From: an uncultured delta proteobacterium
GTDB lineage: Bacteria; Desulfobacterota; RBG-13-43-22
DNA: 64,000 nt
Assembly (NCBI GenBank): GCA_963790475.1
Contig: CAWBOS010000013.1
Location: forward strand, 320,001 to 384,000
Direction of reading: 5' to 3'
A program made the translations under genes and the position numbers. The notes below the pieces were generated by a model. It was not told the DNA's origin, made no database searches, and saw only the letters and a program-made list of their open reading frames with translations. Of this stretch, positions 41,160 to 52,075 are shown one piece after another (position 1 is the stretch's first letter; every line of letters begins with the position of its first letter).

Positions 41160-42125
41160 TCAATCTTTAAGAATCTTTCTTTTTAAGACCCGGTGCCAAT
41201 CTGTGAAGTCCCCTTCTCCCCGGTCCTGTTCCCGATGATCGGTCATCATCTTTAATTTTCCTTCCAAATCGTCGAGCATATGAACTATCAAGGCCTCTCG
41301 AGTCTGAGGAAGGACCGGCGAGCCGAATTCCAATTGGCCGTGATGAGCGAGGATGATATGTTCCAACTGGGTCAACAACCGGGGATCATCCCAGGACTTC
41401 TCCTTAGCCGCCTCCCGGATCATGGCCCAGCCCTGGGTCAGATGCCCCAATAATTGACCGGCATAAGTATTATGGGTGGAAAGATATCCCTCCAGTTCCT
41501 GCAATTTGCCGATATCATGGAGAACCGCCCCGGCCAGGATCAGGTCCTGGTTCAATTCCGGATAGAGCCGACCGACCTCTCTGGCTAATTGAACCACACG
41601 ACAGGTGTGTTCCAGAAGTCCTCCCCTATAGGCGTGATGATATATTTTAGAGGCCGGCCACTGCTTCCATCCTTCCTCATGGGCTTCCAGCAAAGAAAGG
41701 GTTAATTCCCGCAGAGCCGGGTGTTGGATTTCATCTTTGACCCCGGTTAACAAATCATTCCAAAGAGAAGAAATATCCAGAGTAGAAACGGGAATCAATA
41801 AATCGGGATTAAACCCGGCCAAACCGAGCTGTTCGGAAGACCAGTGCTGGATCCCTTTGATACGCTCGATGCTTAACTGGGGTTCGTCCTGATAGGTTTC
41901 GACCCGGCCGGCAATACCGGCAAATTGTCCCTCGGCGAACAAAGAATCGAATTGATCCACAGCTTCACTCCAGATCTTGGCCCCCAGGGTTCCGGTTCGA
42001 TCAGCCAGTGAAATATCCAGATAATCTTTTCCTGTTCTGGTTTGACGCCGTTCTTTCTTTTTGATCAGAAAAAACTGATTGATCCTGTCGCCTGGTTTAA
42101 GATCGGTTATGAAAGTATGGGGCAT
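41160..42125 (-). CDS. YhaM-like OB-fold + HD 3'-5' exoribonuclease
   Basis: N-terminal OB fold, then HHAY.GGLLEH, LHDIGK, GH and HHG..EFGSP..P...EA...H..D. Confidence 0.9.
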   Translation of the reverse strand: MPHTFITDLKPGDRINQFFLIKKKERRQTRTGKDYLDISLADRTGTLGAKIWSEAVDQFDSLFAEGQFAGIAGRVETYQDEPQLSIERIKGIQHWSSEQLGLAGFNPDLLIPVSTLDISSLWNDLLTGVKDEIQHPALRELTLSLLEAHEEGWKQWPASKIYHHAYRGGLLEHTCRVVQLAREVGRLYPELNQDLILAGAVLHDIGKLQELEGYLSTHNTYAGQLLGHLTQGWAMIREAAKEKSWDDPRLLTQLEHIILAHHGQLEFGSPVLPQTREALIVHMLDDLEGKLKMMTDHREQDRGEGDFTDWHRVLKRKILKD

Positions 42126-42221
42126 GTGGCCTCCGTATAGCTCATTGCTCATGGCTCATAGCTGATAGTCAAAACCGCTCGCAGTTCTATCTGAAAAAGG
42201 ACTCATCATCAAATTATTCTT

Positions 42222-43763
42222 CTATGTGCTTTGTGCTTTGTGCTGCGATGGGCTGTAATATTTCTCAATCGACGCCACCAATCCCGGAATAGTGTATTCT
42301 TCAGCCACGATTTGAACGCTAAGCCCGTTGCTTGTGGCGGTTTGAGCCGTGATAGGGCCGATACAGGCCACAGTTATTTTTTTCAGTAAATAAAGTATTT
42401 CCTGTCTGGTAAACAGGGCCAAGAAATTAACCACCGTGGATGAACTGGTAAAGGTCAAGCAGTCGATCAGGCCTTGAGCCATTTTTTCTTCCAGTTGTTC
42501 TTTCCCTTCCAAGGCCGGTAAGGTTTGGTAAGCGGAGACGACCAGGACCTCGGCCCCCATTTGCCTCAGTCCTTCCGGCAAAATTTCCCGGGCCTGTTCC
42601 GCCCTGGGAATCAGGATCTTCTGGTTGGCCAACGGGATTTGGGACAAGGCTTCCAACAAGTGCTCGGCCTGAAATCTTTCCGGAATCAGGTCGGCTTTAA
42701 GATGATATTCGGACAGGGCCTGGGCCGTGGCCGGCCCGATGACCCCTATCTTTGTGCCCTTCAGAGATCGGAGATCCAGATGGAGATGGTCCATTCGGTC
42801 CATGAAAAAACGAACTCCGTTGGGGCTGGTAAAGAATATCCAATGATAGTCTTCTATCCGTTGAATGGCTTGATCCAATTTCGACCAGTTCGAGGGAGGG
42901 GCAATACGGATGGTGGGAAATTCCAGACATTCGGCCCCGAGGTCGTTAAGTCGATCAACCAGTTCACTGGCCTGTTCCCGGGTTCGGGTGACCACGATAG
43001 ATTTGCCGAAGAGGGGACGGCGTTCAAACCAGTTTAAGGTGTCCCGCAATTCAACCACCTTTCCGACGATAAATATCGCCGGTGGAGCCAAATCCGCTTC
43101 TTCGGCCTTTCCGGTTATCGTTTCCAAAGTTCCGGTTATGGTCTTTTGACGAGGGGTAGTTCCCCAACGGATAAGCGCCGCCGGGGTGTTTGGCTCCAGC
43201 CCGTCCTGAAAAAGACTTTCAACAATGGAAGGGAGATTTTTGACCCCCATTAAAAAAACCAGGGTGTCCGCTCGGGGGGATGGTTTTCCCGAACCCTGGG
43301 CCAAAACCTCTTTGGTAGGATCTTCATGCCCGGTAAAAAAGGCCACGCCGGTATTGTATCGGCGATGGGTTAAAGGGATCCCGGCATAAGCGGGTACGGC
43401 TATGGCCGAAGTGACCCCCGGAACAATTTCAAAAGGGATATTGGCTTTGGCCAGTTCTTCGGCCTCTTCTCCGCCCCGGCCGAAAATAAAGGGGTCCCCT
43501 CCTTTCAGGCGGACTACCCTTTTGCCGAGTAAGGCCTTATTGATGATCAATTGATTGATTTCATTTTGGGACAAGGTGTGGTCCCCCCCCTTTTTGCCCA
43601 CATAAATGATCTCGGCCTCCCCGGAAACATGCCGCAAGAGTTCCGGGCTGGCCAAAAAATCGTAGATGACCACTTCAGCCTTTTGGAGGAGTCGAACCCC
43701 TTTTAAAGTAATTAGTCCCGGGTCCCCGGGTCCGGCTCCGACTAAAAAAACTTTTCCGGTCAT
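42222..43763 (-). CDS. cobA: Uroporphyrinogen-III C-methyltransferase / uroporphyrinogen-III synthase fusion
   Basis: Motifs VGAGPGDPGLIT and RLKGGDPFIFGRGGEE. C-terminal HemD domain (FTS.NGV, FTSSSTV, IGPITA). Confidence 0.95.
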   Translation of the reverse strand: MTGKVFLVGAGPGDPGLITLKGVRLLQKAEVVIYDFLASPELLRHVSGEAEIIYVGKKGGDHTLSQNEINQLIINKALLGKRVVRLKGGDPFIFGRGGEEAEELAKANIPFEIVPGVTSAIAVPAYAGIPLTHRRYNTGVAFFTGHEDPTKEVLAQGSGKPSPRADTLVFLMGVKNLPSIVESLFQDGLEPNTPAALIRWGTTPRQKTITGTLETITGKAEEADLAPPAIFIVGKVVELRDTLNWFERRPLFGKSIVVTRTREQASELVDRLNDLGAECLEFPTIRIAPPSNWSKLDQAIQRIEDYHWIFFTSPNGVRFFMDRMDHLHLDLRSLKGTKIGVIGPATAQALSEYHLKADLIPERFQAEHLLEALSQIPLANQKILIPRAEQAREILPEGLRQMGAEVLVVSAYQTLPALEGKEQLEEKMAQGLIDCLTFTSSSTVVNFLALFTRQEILYLLKKITVACIGPITAQTATSNGLSVQIVAEEYTIPGLVASIEKYYSPSQHKAQST

Positions 43764-44716
43764 TTTTTGAATTCCGATCTCATCTCGTTGTTCCCTAAAA
43801 CGCCTTCCAGGACTTCCCGCCCCCCCTGATCGAGAAGGCTTTCTGCCAGGCGGATTCCCAGACCCGTGGGATCGGATAAGGGCCCTTCGAGTTGGTCCTT
43901 GATGATTTTCCTGCCATCCAGGCCGGCGATAAGTCCTTCTAAAATAATCCGCTGACCTTCAATCCGGGCATGGCCGGCTACGGGGACCTGACAACCACCC
44001 TGGAGCCTCCTTAATAAGGCCCTTTCCGCCCGGGTACCAAGGGCAGTGGCTTCATCGTGGATGACCCGGATCAGTTCCTGGATCCCCACATCGCCTTCCC
44101 GGATTTCCAGGGCCAGGGCCCCCTGCCCTACGGCCGGCAGGCAGATATTCAGGTCCAGATATTGACTTATTTTTTCCTGAAGTCCCATACGGTGCAGCCC
44201 GGCCGCAGCCAGGATAACCCCGGCCAGACCTTCGGATTCAATTTTTTTTATACGGGTGTCCAGGTTACCCCGAAGGGGTATGGTTTCCAGGTCCGGTCGG
44301 TAATGCATCACTTGAGCCTGCCGTCTCAGACTGCTGGTACCGATCTTATTTTGTCCGGGGATTTCTTTCAATAAAAGCCCATCCCGCGAAATCAGGACAT
44401 CTCTCGGATCTTCCCGAACCGGAACCGCTCCGATGGTCAAGCCCTGAGGCAATTCCCCGGGCATATCTTTCAGGCTATGGACCGCCAGATCGATCCTTTT
44501 TTCCAGCAGGGCCTCTTCGATTTCTTTTACAAAAAGCCCTTTACCCCCGATAGCCGCCAAGGGCACATCTAAAATTTTGTCGCCGGTGGTCCTGATGATC
44601 ACCAACTCAATTTCCAGATAGGGATAATGCCCGGAAAGGGCCTCTTTGACCCAGGAGGTTTGCCGCAAGGCCAAAGGGCTCCCCCGGGTTCCGATTTTAA
44701 CGGTTTTCATTTCCAT
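43760..44716 (-). CDS. hemC: Hydroxymethylbilane synthase
   Basis: Motifs IGTRGSPLAL.Q, GKGLFVKEIE, VHSLKD, GTSSLRR, RGNLDTR and GGCQVP. Confidence 0.96.
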   Translation of the reverse strand: MEMKTVKIGTRGSPLALRQTSWVKEALSGHYPYLEIELVIIRTTGDKILDVPLAAIGGKGLFVKEIEEALLEKRIDLAVHSLKDMPGELPQGLTIGAVPVREDPRDVLISRDGLLLKEIPGQNKIGTSSLRRQAQVMHYRPDLETIPLRGNLDTRIKKIESEGLAGVILAAAGLHRMGLQEKISQYLDLNICLPAVGQGALALEIREGDVGIQELIRVIHDEATALGTRAERALLRRLQGGCQVPVAGHARIEGQRIILEGLIAGLDGRKIIKDQLEGPLSDPTGLGIRLAESLLDQGGREVLEGVLGNNEMRSEFKK

Positions 44717-44858
44717 GAATTTGTGGGGAAGGATGTCTCGTGCCAAAAAGACAAGGAAATTTTTCTGAAGGCTGTTAGATGCTTGGCAGGAAAAAATCTA
44801 TAATGATGGGTATATATCTTCACTCGTCACCTGTTACCCGTCGCTTTTTTCCCTTCTG

Positions 44859-45077
44859 TCAATGGCAACTCGAACAGTTTCCGGAAGAGCAGGTTCCGCA
44901 ACCGGAAGAACTGCCGGTTCCAACGAAACGATCGGTTCCCTTGAAGGCAAACTTGGACATCTTTTTTTCCAGGTTCTCTTTTTTACACTCCGGGCAGCAA
45001 ACTGTGTCGCTGGATTTAAAGACAATAGTCTCAAAATCCTGACCGCAGTCCAAACAGGTATATTCATAAATAGGCAT
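44859..45077 (-). CDS. FmdB-family zinc-ribbon protein
   Basis: MPIYEYTCLDCG...CPEC...CGTCSSGNCSSCH. Confidence 0.9.
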   Translation of the reverse strand: MPIYEYTCLDCGQDFETIVFKSSDTVCCPECKKENLEKKMSKFAFKGTDRFVGTGSSSGCGTCSSGNCSSCH

Positions 45078-45140
45078 GTTCAAAATCTCCTTAAATTATT
45101 TATTTAATAATAAGCACTATCCCCGGCATTTTCAAGATGA

Positions 45141-46100
45141 TTAAACGGTCTTCCCCCAACCTTCCAACAAGGCCGCGGCCAACAGGGGAACCATCAATTC
45201 GTGATGCCCGATCAGGTAATACCCCTTTCCGCCTTCCAGGGTGGGGCGATGGACCACATTGGTGGAAGCACGGTAATGGCGGATAAAATCCATGTTAACG
45301 GTCGTAAAATGGTTTAGGGGATATCCTAAATTTCGAACCAGAGTGACGGCTTTCAGAAAAACCTCAGGCAGGATAACGGCTGAACCGACATTCAGGAATA
45401 CCCCGTTTTCCAATGTCCGAACGACCGAACAGAAGGTCTGGAAATCCTTGTGACTGGCCTGTCCGGTGGCCCTGGCGTCCATGGAGGGGTGCAGATGAAT
45501 GATATCCGTGCCGATAGCCACATGAACGGTTACCGGGATATCCATTTGACGAGCCATGGCCAGAAGGCTGTGGGACAAAAACGGGAATTTGGAGCCCAGC
45601 AAGGCGTCGCCTACGGCCTCTCCTAATCCCAATCCTTTTTCGGCCCCTTTACTGATGGACCGGTTTAGAAAATGGGCTGTTTCCCGGGACATTCCAAAGG
45701 TCCCGCGGCCCAGTTCCCGATCCACATCCTCGGAAGTCTGACCGACCATAGCCAGTTCGGTATCATGGATGATCCCGGCCCCATTAAGGGATAAGGCTGA
45801 AACAAATCCTTCTTTCATAAGCGCGATGAGGACGGGGTTCAGGCCGACCTTGATCACATGGGCCCCCATGGACCAATGGAGGGTTTTGCCGGCCTGCCTG
45901 GCGGCCAGCATGGCCTTGACCACAGCCCTGAAATCCTTGGCCCCTAATAGATTGGGCAAGGTTTCCAGGAAAAAACCAAAGGTGTTCCCTGGTATCCAGG
46001 GACGGGCAAAATCTTTCAGGCTGACCTTGCTTTTTCGGTCCTTCAGGGAATAAGTCTTCAGCCTCTTCAGGGATGATTGGGAAATCTCTTTTATTTTCAT
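45141..46100 (-). CDS. Conserved hypothetical protein, deoxyhypusine-synthase-like fold
   Basis: Motifs GAHVIKVGL, NGAG.IHD.E, HVAIGTDIIH, GSAVILPEVFLKA and GHHE.M.P. Confidence 0.7.
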   Translation of the reverse strand: MKIKEISQSSLKRLKTYSLKDRKSKVSLKDFARPWIPGNTFGFFLETLPNLLGAKDFRAVVKAMLAARQAGKTLHWSMGAHVIKVGLNPVLIALMKEGFVSALSLNGAGIIHDTELAMVGQTSEDVDRELGRGTFGMSRETAHFLNRSISKGAEKGLGLGEAVGDALLGSKFPFLSHSLLAMARQMDIPVTVHVAIGTDIIHLHPSMDARATGQASHKDFQTFCSVVRTLENGVFLNVGSAVILPEVFLKAVTLVRNLGYPLNHFTTVNMDFIRHYRASTNVVHRPTLEGGKGYYLIGHHELMVPLLAAALLEGWGKTV

Positions 46101-46335
46101 TGAGTTCGCTTGGCAAAAAATGAGTTTCTAATTGAAAGGAGTATAAGATAATGAAAAGACAGGGTCAAGGGGAAAAACAGGGTCTCAAAACCCAACGAAC
46201 AACCCGGCCACCGGGATTCTGATGTTCTTCCTTGGTATCATCATCAAGGATAATTTTGTCTTTTATAAAATATTTGAGTCGGTTATTATAAAACCTTTTT
46301 CCCTCTGTTTTATATTAAAAATATAAGGAGCGACT

Positions 46336-47454
46336 ATGAACGTCTCAGTCAAATCCAAGCTCGATCTCGACACCCCCTGTCTGGTACTTGATCTGGATAT
46401 CCTCGAGAGAAACCTTCAGAAGATGCAGGCCGCGGTCGGTCAAGCAGGTAAGAATATACGCCCCCATGCTAAAACCCACAAATGCTCATCCCTGGCCAGG
46501 ATGCAAATTGAGACCGGGGCCATCGGGGTCTGTGCCGCGAAGGTCTCGGAAGCCGAGGCCTTGGTAAAGGCCGGTTTGGGTGGAATTCTTATCACCGGGC
46601 CGGTACCGACCCCAGGGAAGATAAAGCGGCTTGTCGAAATCCTGGCCGGTTCCCCCTCCCTGATGACGGTTGTGGACCACCGAAACAATGTTGCTTTGCT
46701 TGATGCGGCCTTGCGCGAAAGAGGCCTGGCCATGGACGTGCTCCTTGATCTGGATGTCGGTTTGCATCGGACCGGCGTAAGTCCGAAGGGCGCGTTAGAA
46801 CTGGCCGACACTATTCTTTCCTGCGAGAAACTGTGTCTCCGGGGAATTCAGGCCTACGCCGGCCAGGTGCAACATGTACGTTCCTATGACGCCAGAAAGA
46901 CCGCCTCTCACCAATGTCTGCAGGAAGCTGTCCCTGTTTTTCAGGAATTGCAGGCCAAGGTGGAAACTTGCACCATCTTCAGCGCTACGGGTACCGGGAC
47001 CTTTGACATCGATCTGGCCATTCCCGAGATTACCGAAGTTCAGGTCGGTTCCTATGCCTGCATGGATGCCGAGTATCTCGGCCTCGGATCCGCTGAGAAC
47101 CCCTCCCAATTCACATCCTTCGGCCCCGCCCTGCGACTGCTGACCACGGTGATCAGCGCGAATCAGAAAGGCTTTGTCACCGTCGACGCCGGATTGAAGT
47201 CCCTTTACCGGGATGGAGGCAAGCCGCAGGTTATCGGCTCCGAATCTTCCGGGATGGAGTACCATTGGTTCGGTGATGAGTACGGAATGATCTCCTGCCC
47301 TGAAAATTCCGAGATTCCCTCTATTGGGACGGTACTGGAATTGATAACTTCCCACTGTGATCCGACCATCAATCTATTTGACCGTTTTCATCTCACCAGG
47401 GGGACGGAAGTCATCGGCACCTGGCCGATCGATCTCAGAGGTTGCAGCCAATAA
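46336..47454 (+). CDS. DSD1-family PLP enzyme (D-threonine aldolase/D-serine dehydratase-like)
   Basis: Motifs LDTPCL.LD, RPHAKTHK, RTGV, E.Q.GSY..MD, VDAG.K and HCDPTINL. Confidence 0.9.
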   Translation: MNVSVKSKLDLDTPCLVLDLDILERNLQKMQAAVGQAGKNIRPHAKTHKCSSLARMQIETGAIGVCAAKVSEAEALVKAGLGGILITGPVPTPGKIKRLVEILAGSPSLMTVVDHRNNVALLDAALRERGLAMDVLLDLDVGLHRTGVSPKGALELADTILSCEKLCLRGIQAYAGQVQHVRSYDARKTASHQCLQEAVPVFQELQAKVETCTIFSATGTGTFDIDLAIPEITEVQVGSYACMDAEYLGLGSAENPSQFTSFGPALRLLTTVISANQKGFVTVDAGLKSLYRDGGKPQVIGSESSGMEYHWFGDEYGMISCPENSEIPSIGTVLELITSHCDPTINLFDRFHLTRGTEVIGTWPIDLRGCSQ

Positions 47455-47696
47455 AGGGTTGAAGATGAGATTGTACGCTTTGGCGATGCCTGGCAAAGAA
47501 GGAAAACCAAACGCGTCAACCCAATAAAACAGTCCATTAATTTCTTTTTCTCACAAAATACGAGGTCGATCAAATTTCTATTAGGTGATGATTTTGAAAT
47601 AATTTCTTTTATTAACTATTTTAGAGTTTTAATATAGTATTAAACACAAGGTTTATATATTAATTGATTTAGCACGAATCGAAAAGAGGGAGCAAA

Positions 47697-48656
47697 ATGA
47701 ATCGTCCTCTGGTAACAAAGTTAAATCGTAATCCGTACCCCAAACAGATCATTGTGGATATTCATTCTTATTGTAATGCAAAATGTAAAATTTGTCCCTA
47801 TTCTTCCCTGAAAACAAAAAATCCGATGGGAGTAATGGAGGAAAATCTTTTTATAAAAATTGCAGATGAATTCAGTCTATTGGCAAAAACAAATAATTTC
47901 CGAGGGCATGTTTTATTCTGCAATATGGGAGAACTGTTCATTTATCCGAAGATGGCCATCGACAGAATGAAATATGTGAGGCAGAAAGGACTTGATTTTG
48001 ATATTCAGACCAACGCATCCCTAATGACTCCGGAAGTGGTTGACCTGTTGAAGGAATCTGAATTCAATGGTTCAGTATTAATCAGTTTTCACGGAATTTC
48101 ACCGGATGTCTATAAAGAGATGATGGGTCTGGATATTGCAAAAACATTGAGAAATATAGATTATCTGGTGCAAAATTATCCTAAAGAAAGAATCATCATT
48201 CAGAGTATTCCTTACAACTGGCCAAAAGGGGAGCCAAGGCGTATCCGTTCTTATTTCGACCAGAGAGGAATGAGGGTGAGGATGCCGCTGCCCAACAACA
48301 GATCGGGATTGTTACCCGAAATAGCCGAACATAAAAACGGAACATTAATCGGCTGCTCGTCCGACAGGCCGCTTGGTGAAATGGTGGTATGTTTTAACGG
48401 TGATGTGGTACTCTGCTGTAATGATATGGGACAGGAAGAGATGGTCGGCAGTCTGAAAAAGAACACCATACAAGAAGTCTGGAACAGCGACACAATGCTG
48501 GATAAAATAAGTCAGATATATTGCGGAAAGCCTTCTCCTGAAAATTTTATTTGCCGGAAATGTGAGTTCGGAATCACATCGAAATCCATATTGAACCGGT
48601 TAATCAGAAATATCAGACTTGAGACAAAGAAGTTCGCTTTAACACATCTTCGATAG
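47697..48656 (+). CDS. Radical SAM protein with SPASM/twitch domain
   Basis: CxxxCxxC (CNAKCKIC), GE, QTN; C-terminal C...NGDV.LCC.D......G......IQEVWN...CRKC. Confidence 0.88.
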   Translation: MNRPLVTKLNRNPYPKQIIVDIHSYCNAKCKICPYSSLKTKNPMGVMEENLFIKIADEFSLLAKTNNFRGHVLFCNMGELFIYPKMAIDRMKYVRQKGLDFDIQTNASLMTPEVVDLLKESEFNGSVLISFHGISPDVYKEMMGLDIAKTLRNIDYLVQNYPKERIIIQSIPYNWPKGEPRRIRSYFDQRGMRVRMPLPNNRSGLLPEIAEHKNGTLIGCSSDRPLGEMVVCFNGDVVLCCNDMGQEEMVGSLKKNTIQEVWNSDTMLDKISQIYCGKPSPENFICRKCEFGITSKSILNRLIRNIRLETKKFALTHLR

Positions 48657-48739
48657 AATCTTTTGGTCGAAATAGATAAGACTTCGGAGGGACGTCCAGC
48701 ACCAAAAACATTGTGATAGCCCCGGGGGGCTGCCTCTCC

Positions 48740-50131
48740 TCAAAATGAATGTTCCTTATGCCGCTTGGTTTCCTTGATTGCCCATTCACGAAGCATGTGG
48801 ATCGCTTTGGCCAGAACGCCGGCTTCACCGCGAAAATCGCCGGATCCAAAGGGTTTTCCACCAGCGCCATACCACCTGACCCCATCCCACTTGATTTCAA
48901 ACCATTTCCTGGCATACCATTCGTGAAAGCCCTTATTGGTTAATACCCTGTTTATCATTGGACGGATCTCATCATACGCCTCTTGGACAAAACCATTGGC
49001 AACAAGCTGTTGAATCATGCGGCCGCCGAACCAGGTCCAGTCACCGCCGTTTTGATAGGTGTAGGGAACGGAAGTCTGCTGATTTTTAAAGAAACCTTTG
49101 GGATAAGGCGGGTAAATAGTCAACCCGATGGATGGAGCACCCGATCGACGCACATTTTCCAGCATCTGGCGATTAACGACCGCTATTTCATCCTTTGATA
49201 AAAGACCGGCTTCGATCGCGACCGCGGTTCCTCCGTGAAAATGCATGATACTTTCATCAAAGTCCGCTGGAAACGGAGAACCGTTCAAGTATAGATGAGG
49301 CAAGAATTTATTACGCCGGCTGTCCCAGAGATATTTGCGGACATTGTGTGAAATCCGCTCTTTGAGTTGCGTCCATTTCTGGTTTTCCTCGGGGGTCGTC
49401 GAAAATTCGATCATGGTCTCCAGGGCCAAAATAAACATGGCATTATTATAGATATCACAACTCCAATGGGTCTTTTCGTTGACCCGGACACCGGGGCTGT
49501 CTTCCGGCTGGACATCCCCCCAATCCTGAGTAGTGGCGCCTGTTATCAAACCGAATCGAGGGGAATAACGATTCTGCAGAAGATACTCAATTGACCAAGC
49601 CATCCTGTGCCTGACGGTTTTGCAGTCAACGACGTCATCAAGAATCGATCTATCAGCCGTCTTTCGGATGTATTTCCCCACAGCCTGTATGAGAGAGGTT
49701 TCCTGGTCCGTTTTGACCGTGTTCTTAAAGCCCACATGCCGGGAATCAGCGGATGAGGTGTAAAGGTCCCCAAAAGGATGATCGGAGACGCCCTTCGGCA
49801 CAAAGCCATCCACTATTTCGCCATTTTTTTGTTGAAGATAATAGAACGTCAAAAGATGTCGGCGAATTTCTTTTTTGTCGTAGACTTCACAGGAAGTCTC
49901 AATAAAGGTATTCAGATCCCGGATCCAGACCTGAGTGTATTCCCCGCCAGCTTCGAAGCCCTTTCCCAGCAAATCCCTGGCCATCCGCTCTACGGTTTGC
50001 AGGGAAGTATCTGCCAGAATGTGAGTTGCCAGTTCCTGGCGAGTTTTTGCTACTGAGGAGGGTCCGGTATGGCAGGCAGATATCATTATACAGGACAAGA
50101 CTAGTAGTAGGCCGATACGTTTAATAGCCAT
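48740..50131 (-). CDS. Lipoprotein with six-hairpin glycoside-hydrolase-like fold
   Basis: Lipobox ISAC, then Y.QVWIRD, DWGD, YQNGGDWTW.GGR and GFHEW. Confidence 0.7.
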   Translation of the reverse strand: MAIKRIGLLLVLSCIMISACHTGPSSVAKTRQELATHILADTSLQTVERMARDLLGKGFEAGGEYTQVWIRDLNTFIETSCEVYDKKEIRRHLLTFYYLQQKNGEIVDGFVPKGVSDHPFGDLYTSSADSRHVGFKNTVKTDQETSLIQAVGKYIRKTADRSILDDVVDCKTVRHRMAWSIEYLLQNRYSPRFGLITGATTQDWGDVQPEDSPGVRVNEKTHWSCDIYNNAMFILALETMIEFSTTPEENQKWTQLKERISHNVRKYLWDSRRNKFLPHLYLNGSPFPADFDESIMHFHGGTAVAIEAGLLSKDEIAVVNRQMLENVRRSGAPSIGLTIYPPYPKGFFKNQQTSVPYTYQNGGDWTWFGGRMIQQLVANGFVQEAYDEIRPMINRVLTNKGFHEWYARKWFEIKWDGVRWYGAGGKPFGSGDFRGEAGVLAKAIHMLREWAIKETKRHKEHSF

Positions 50132-50262
50132 TCGTTATCGTCTCTTTCCATCTGCCAGGATATGGGGATAGGCTCTATAGGCAGCCTTGGTGATTTTCTT
50201 TTGCCTAAAACACACGCTAATCATTGCCGGTCTATTTTCCCGAATGTCCGGCAACTGCCTTT

Positions 50263-50381
50263 TCACTCCTTCTTTGAGGCCTCTTCCATTTCCTTCATTC
50301 TGTCATCCGCCTTTTTCGCTGCGGAACGGGCTTTATCGATGGGGGCCTGAATCTTGTCGACTATTTCCTTATTTTTTTCAT
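50263..50381 (-). CDS. Small ~39-aa protein with a one-base deletion in an A7 run
   Basis: GGAGG RBS then ATG-A7. With A8 it reads MKKNKEIVDKIQAPIDKARSAAKKADDRMKEMEEASKKE*. Confidence 0.45.
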
Positions 50382-50466
50382 ATGATCCTCCCTGAAAAGA
50401 GTATAATATAAGCCATAAAAAATGGGCAAGTCAAAAAGAAATTGGAAAAGTGACGAGGGGACATCA

Positions 50467-51117
50467 ATGAACCATAAAGCGGTTATCTTTGATCTGGACG
50501 GGACCTTATTGAACACCATTGAGGACCTGACCGACTCCATGAACCTGACTTTAAGCCGTTTCGGATTCGAAGGACACGACCAGGAAACCTACAAATATTT
50601 TATCGGGGACGGGATGGAGACCCTGGTTATCCGTGCTTTACCTTTGGAAAGCCGTAACCCTGAAATAATTACCCGATGCGTGGAAGCCATGCGGGAAGAA
50701 TACGCTTTACGCTGGAACAAAAAGACCCGTCCCTACCCTGGGATTCCCGAACTTCTGGATGCCCTCTCCCAAAAGGAGTGGCCTATTTCCATTCTGTCCA
50801 ATAAACCCGATAACTCCACCCGGATGGTCGTGGCCGAACTGCTGCCCAAGTGGACCTTTCAAATTGTTTTGGGTGCCAGGCCTTCGGTTCCCAAAAAACC
50901 GGACCCGGCGGCGGCCCTGGAGATTGCCGGACTTCTGCACCTGGACCCGGGTCAATTTGTCTATATAGGAGATACCGGTACGGACATGAAAACCGCCGTC
51001 GAGGCCGGGATGTTTCCAGTTGGGGCTTTATGGGGCTTTCGGACGGCCCAAGAACTCCTGGCCCATGGGGCCGAGGTTTTGATTGAAAGACCTTTGGATT
51101 TGCTCCAGTACCTGTAA
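50467..51117 (+). CDS. HAD-family hydrolase (phosphoglycolate phosphatase-like)
   Basis: Motifs FDLDGTL, SNK, KKPDP, YIGDT.TD and WGFR. Confidence 0.92.
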   Translation: MNHKAVIFDLDGTLLNTIEDLTDSMNLTLSRFGFEGHDQETYKYFIGDGMETLVIRALPLESRNPEIITRCVEAMREEYALRWNKKTRPYPGIPELLDALSQKEWPISILSNKPDNSTRMVVAELLPKWTFQIVLGARPSVPKKPDPAAALEIAGLLHLDPGQFVYIGDTGTDMKTAVEAGMFPVGALWGFRTAQELLAHGAEVLIERPLDLLQYL

Positions 51118-51133
51118 AGAAGAGGGATGAAAA

Positions 51134-51583
51134 TTAAAAGGCGTTAACACTCTTTGCCAGTCCGGGATCGTGCAATATTTTTTTTGCAAACTTCAAATAC
51201 TTGGCCACGATGGCCCGAATGGCCAATTGCAGGGTAAATGGCCGAATAGGTTTTTCAACCAGGTAGGTAATATTCGAAGCGACACACATATTGACCACAT
51301 CATCGCTGACATTTCCGGTAACAATAATGGTATCCTGATAAGCCAGAGGATATTTATCAACAATGGCTTCCAGGAAACCAAACCCTGTTTCATTGTCTAA
51401 AAAGACATCTAAGACGAAGATGGCCACGGATGATTTTCTTTTTCGGCAGAAGGAGACCGCCTCCTCGGCCTTGGTAAAGGCATACACCTGACCCCAGGAA
51501 TAGAACAATTTGATCATCATGGCAATGACATCACAGACGACCGGGTCATCGTCAACGATAATTACATCCAGACCATCATCCAT
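51134..51583 (-). CDS. Single-domain response regulator
   Basis: Receiver motifs IVDDD, LD, TG and KP. Confidence 0.85.
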   Translation of the reverse strand: MDDGLDVIIVDDDPVVCDVIAMMIKLFYSWGQVYAFTKAEEAVSFCRKRKSSVAIFVLDVFLDNETGFGFLEAIVDKYPLAYQDTIIVTGNVSDDVVNMCVASNITYLVEKPIRPFTLQLAIRAIVAKYLKFAKKILHDPGLAKSVNAF

Positions 51584-51835
51584 AGTGCCTCCTAAATTAA
51601 AAAACAGCTTTTCCTGAAAAATATTAATAAGATATCATAATACGTAGTCTCGAACCACCCAACCTTCCCGTTATTAAGAATTATTATTAAAATCAATAAC
51701 TGTCAACAGAAAATATCAGACGCCGGCCTTATTTTCTATAGATTTGGGGCGGGATTTAAATCGTCATCTCCTATCTTTCTCGATAAATCAATCGATCAGC
51801 ACAAATCCATAGCGATCTTGAAGGTCATTTTTCTC

Positions 51836-52075
51836 CTAAAGGACTTCACAGGGCAATCCCAGGTTGCGGACGGTCTTGTGATATGATTTTATCATTCCAA
51901 TCCGTTCCTCCCGGGTTGTTCCCCGCGTATCACACCGGATACCCCGTTGAAAATAATCCTCACAACCCCAGCGGCATTTTAGAATAGCTCGACTGTCGAA
52001 AAAAATATCTTGAGGTGATATGATCAAGGCCTTGATCATGTCCAGGTTCTCGGCTAAGGCAATATATTTTCCCAT
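51836..52075 (-). pseudogene. Truncated DUF2284-like metal-binding protein
   Basis: I.FD.R..LKC.WGC..Y...C N-terminal motif, but only 79 aa and lacking the central Cys cluster. Confidence 0.5.

Noticed and set aside
47456-47522. Long imperfect hairpin after the DSD1 gene as an integron attC site
   Set aside because: No RYYYAAC/GTTRRRY box arrangement and no integrase. Probably a terminator or stability hairpin.
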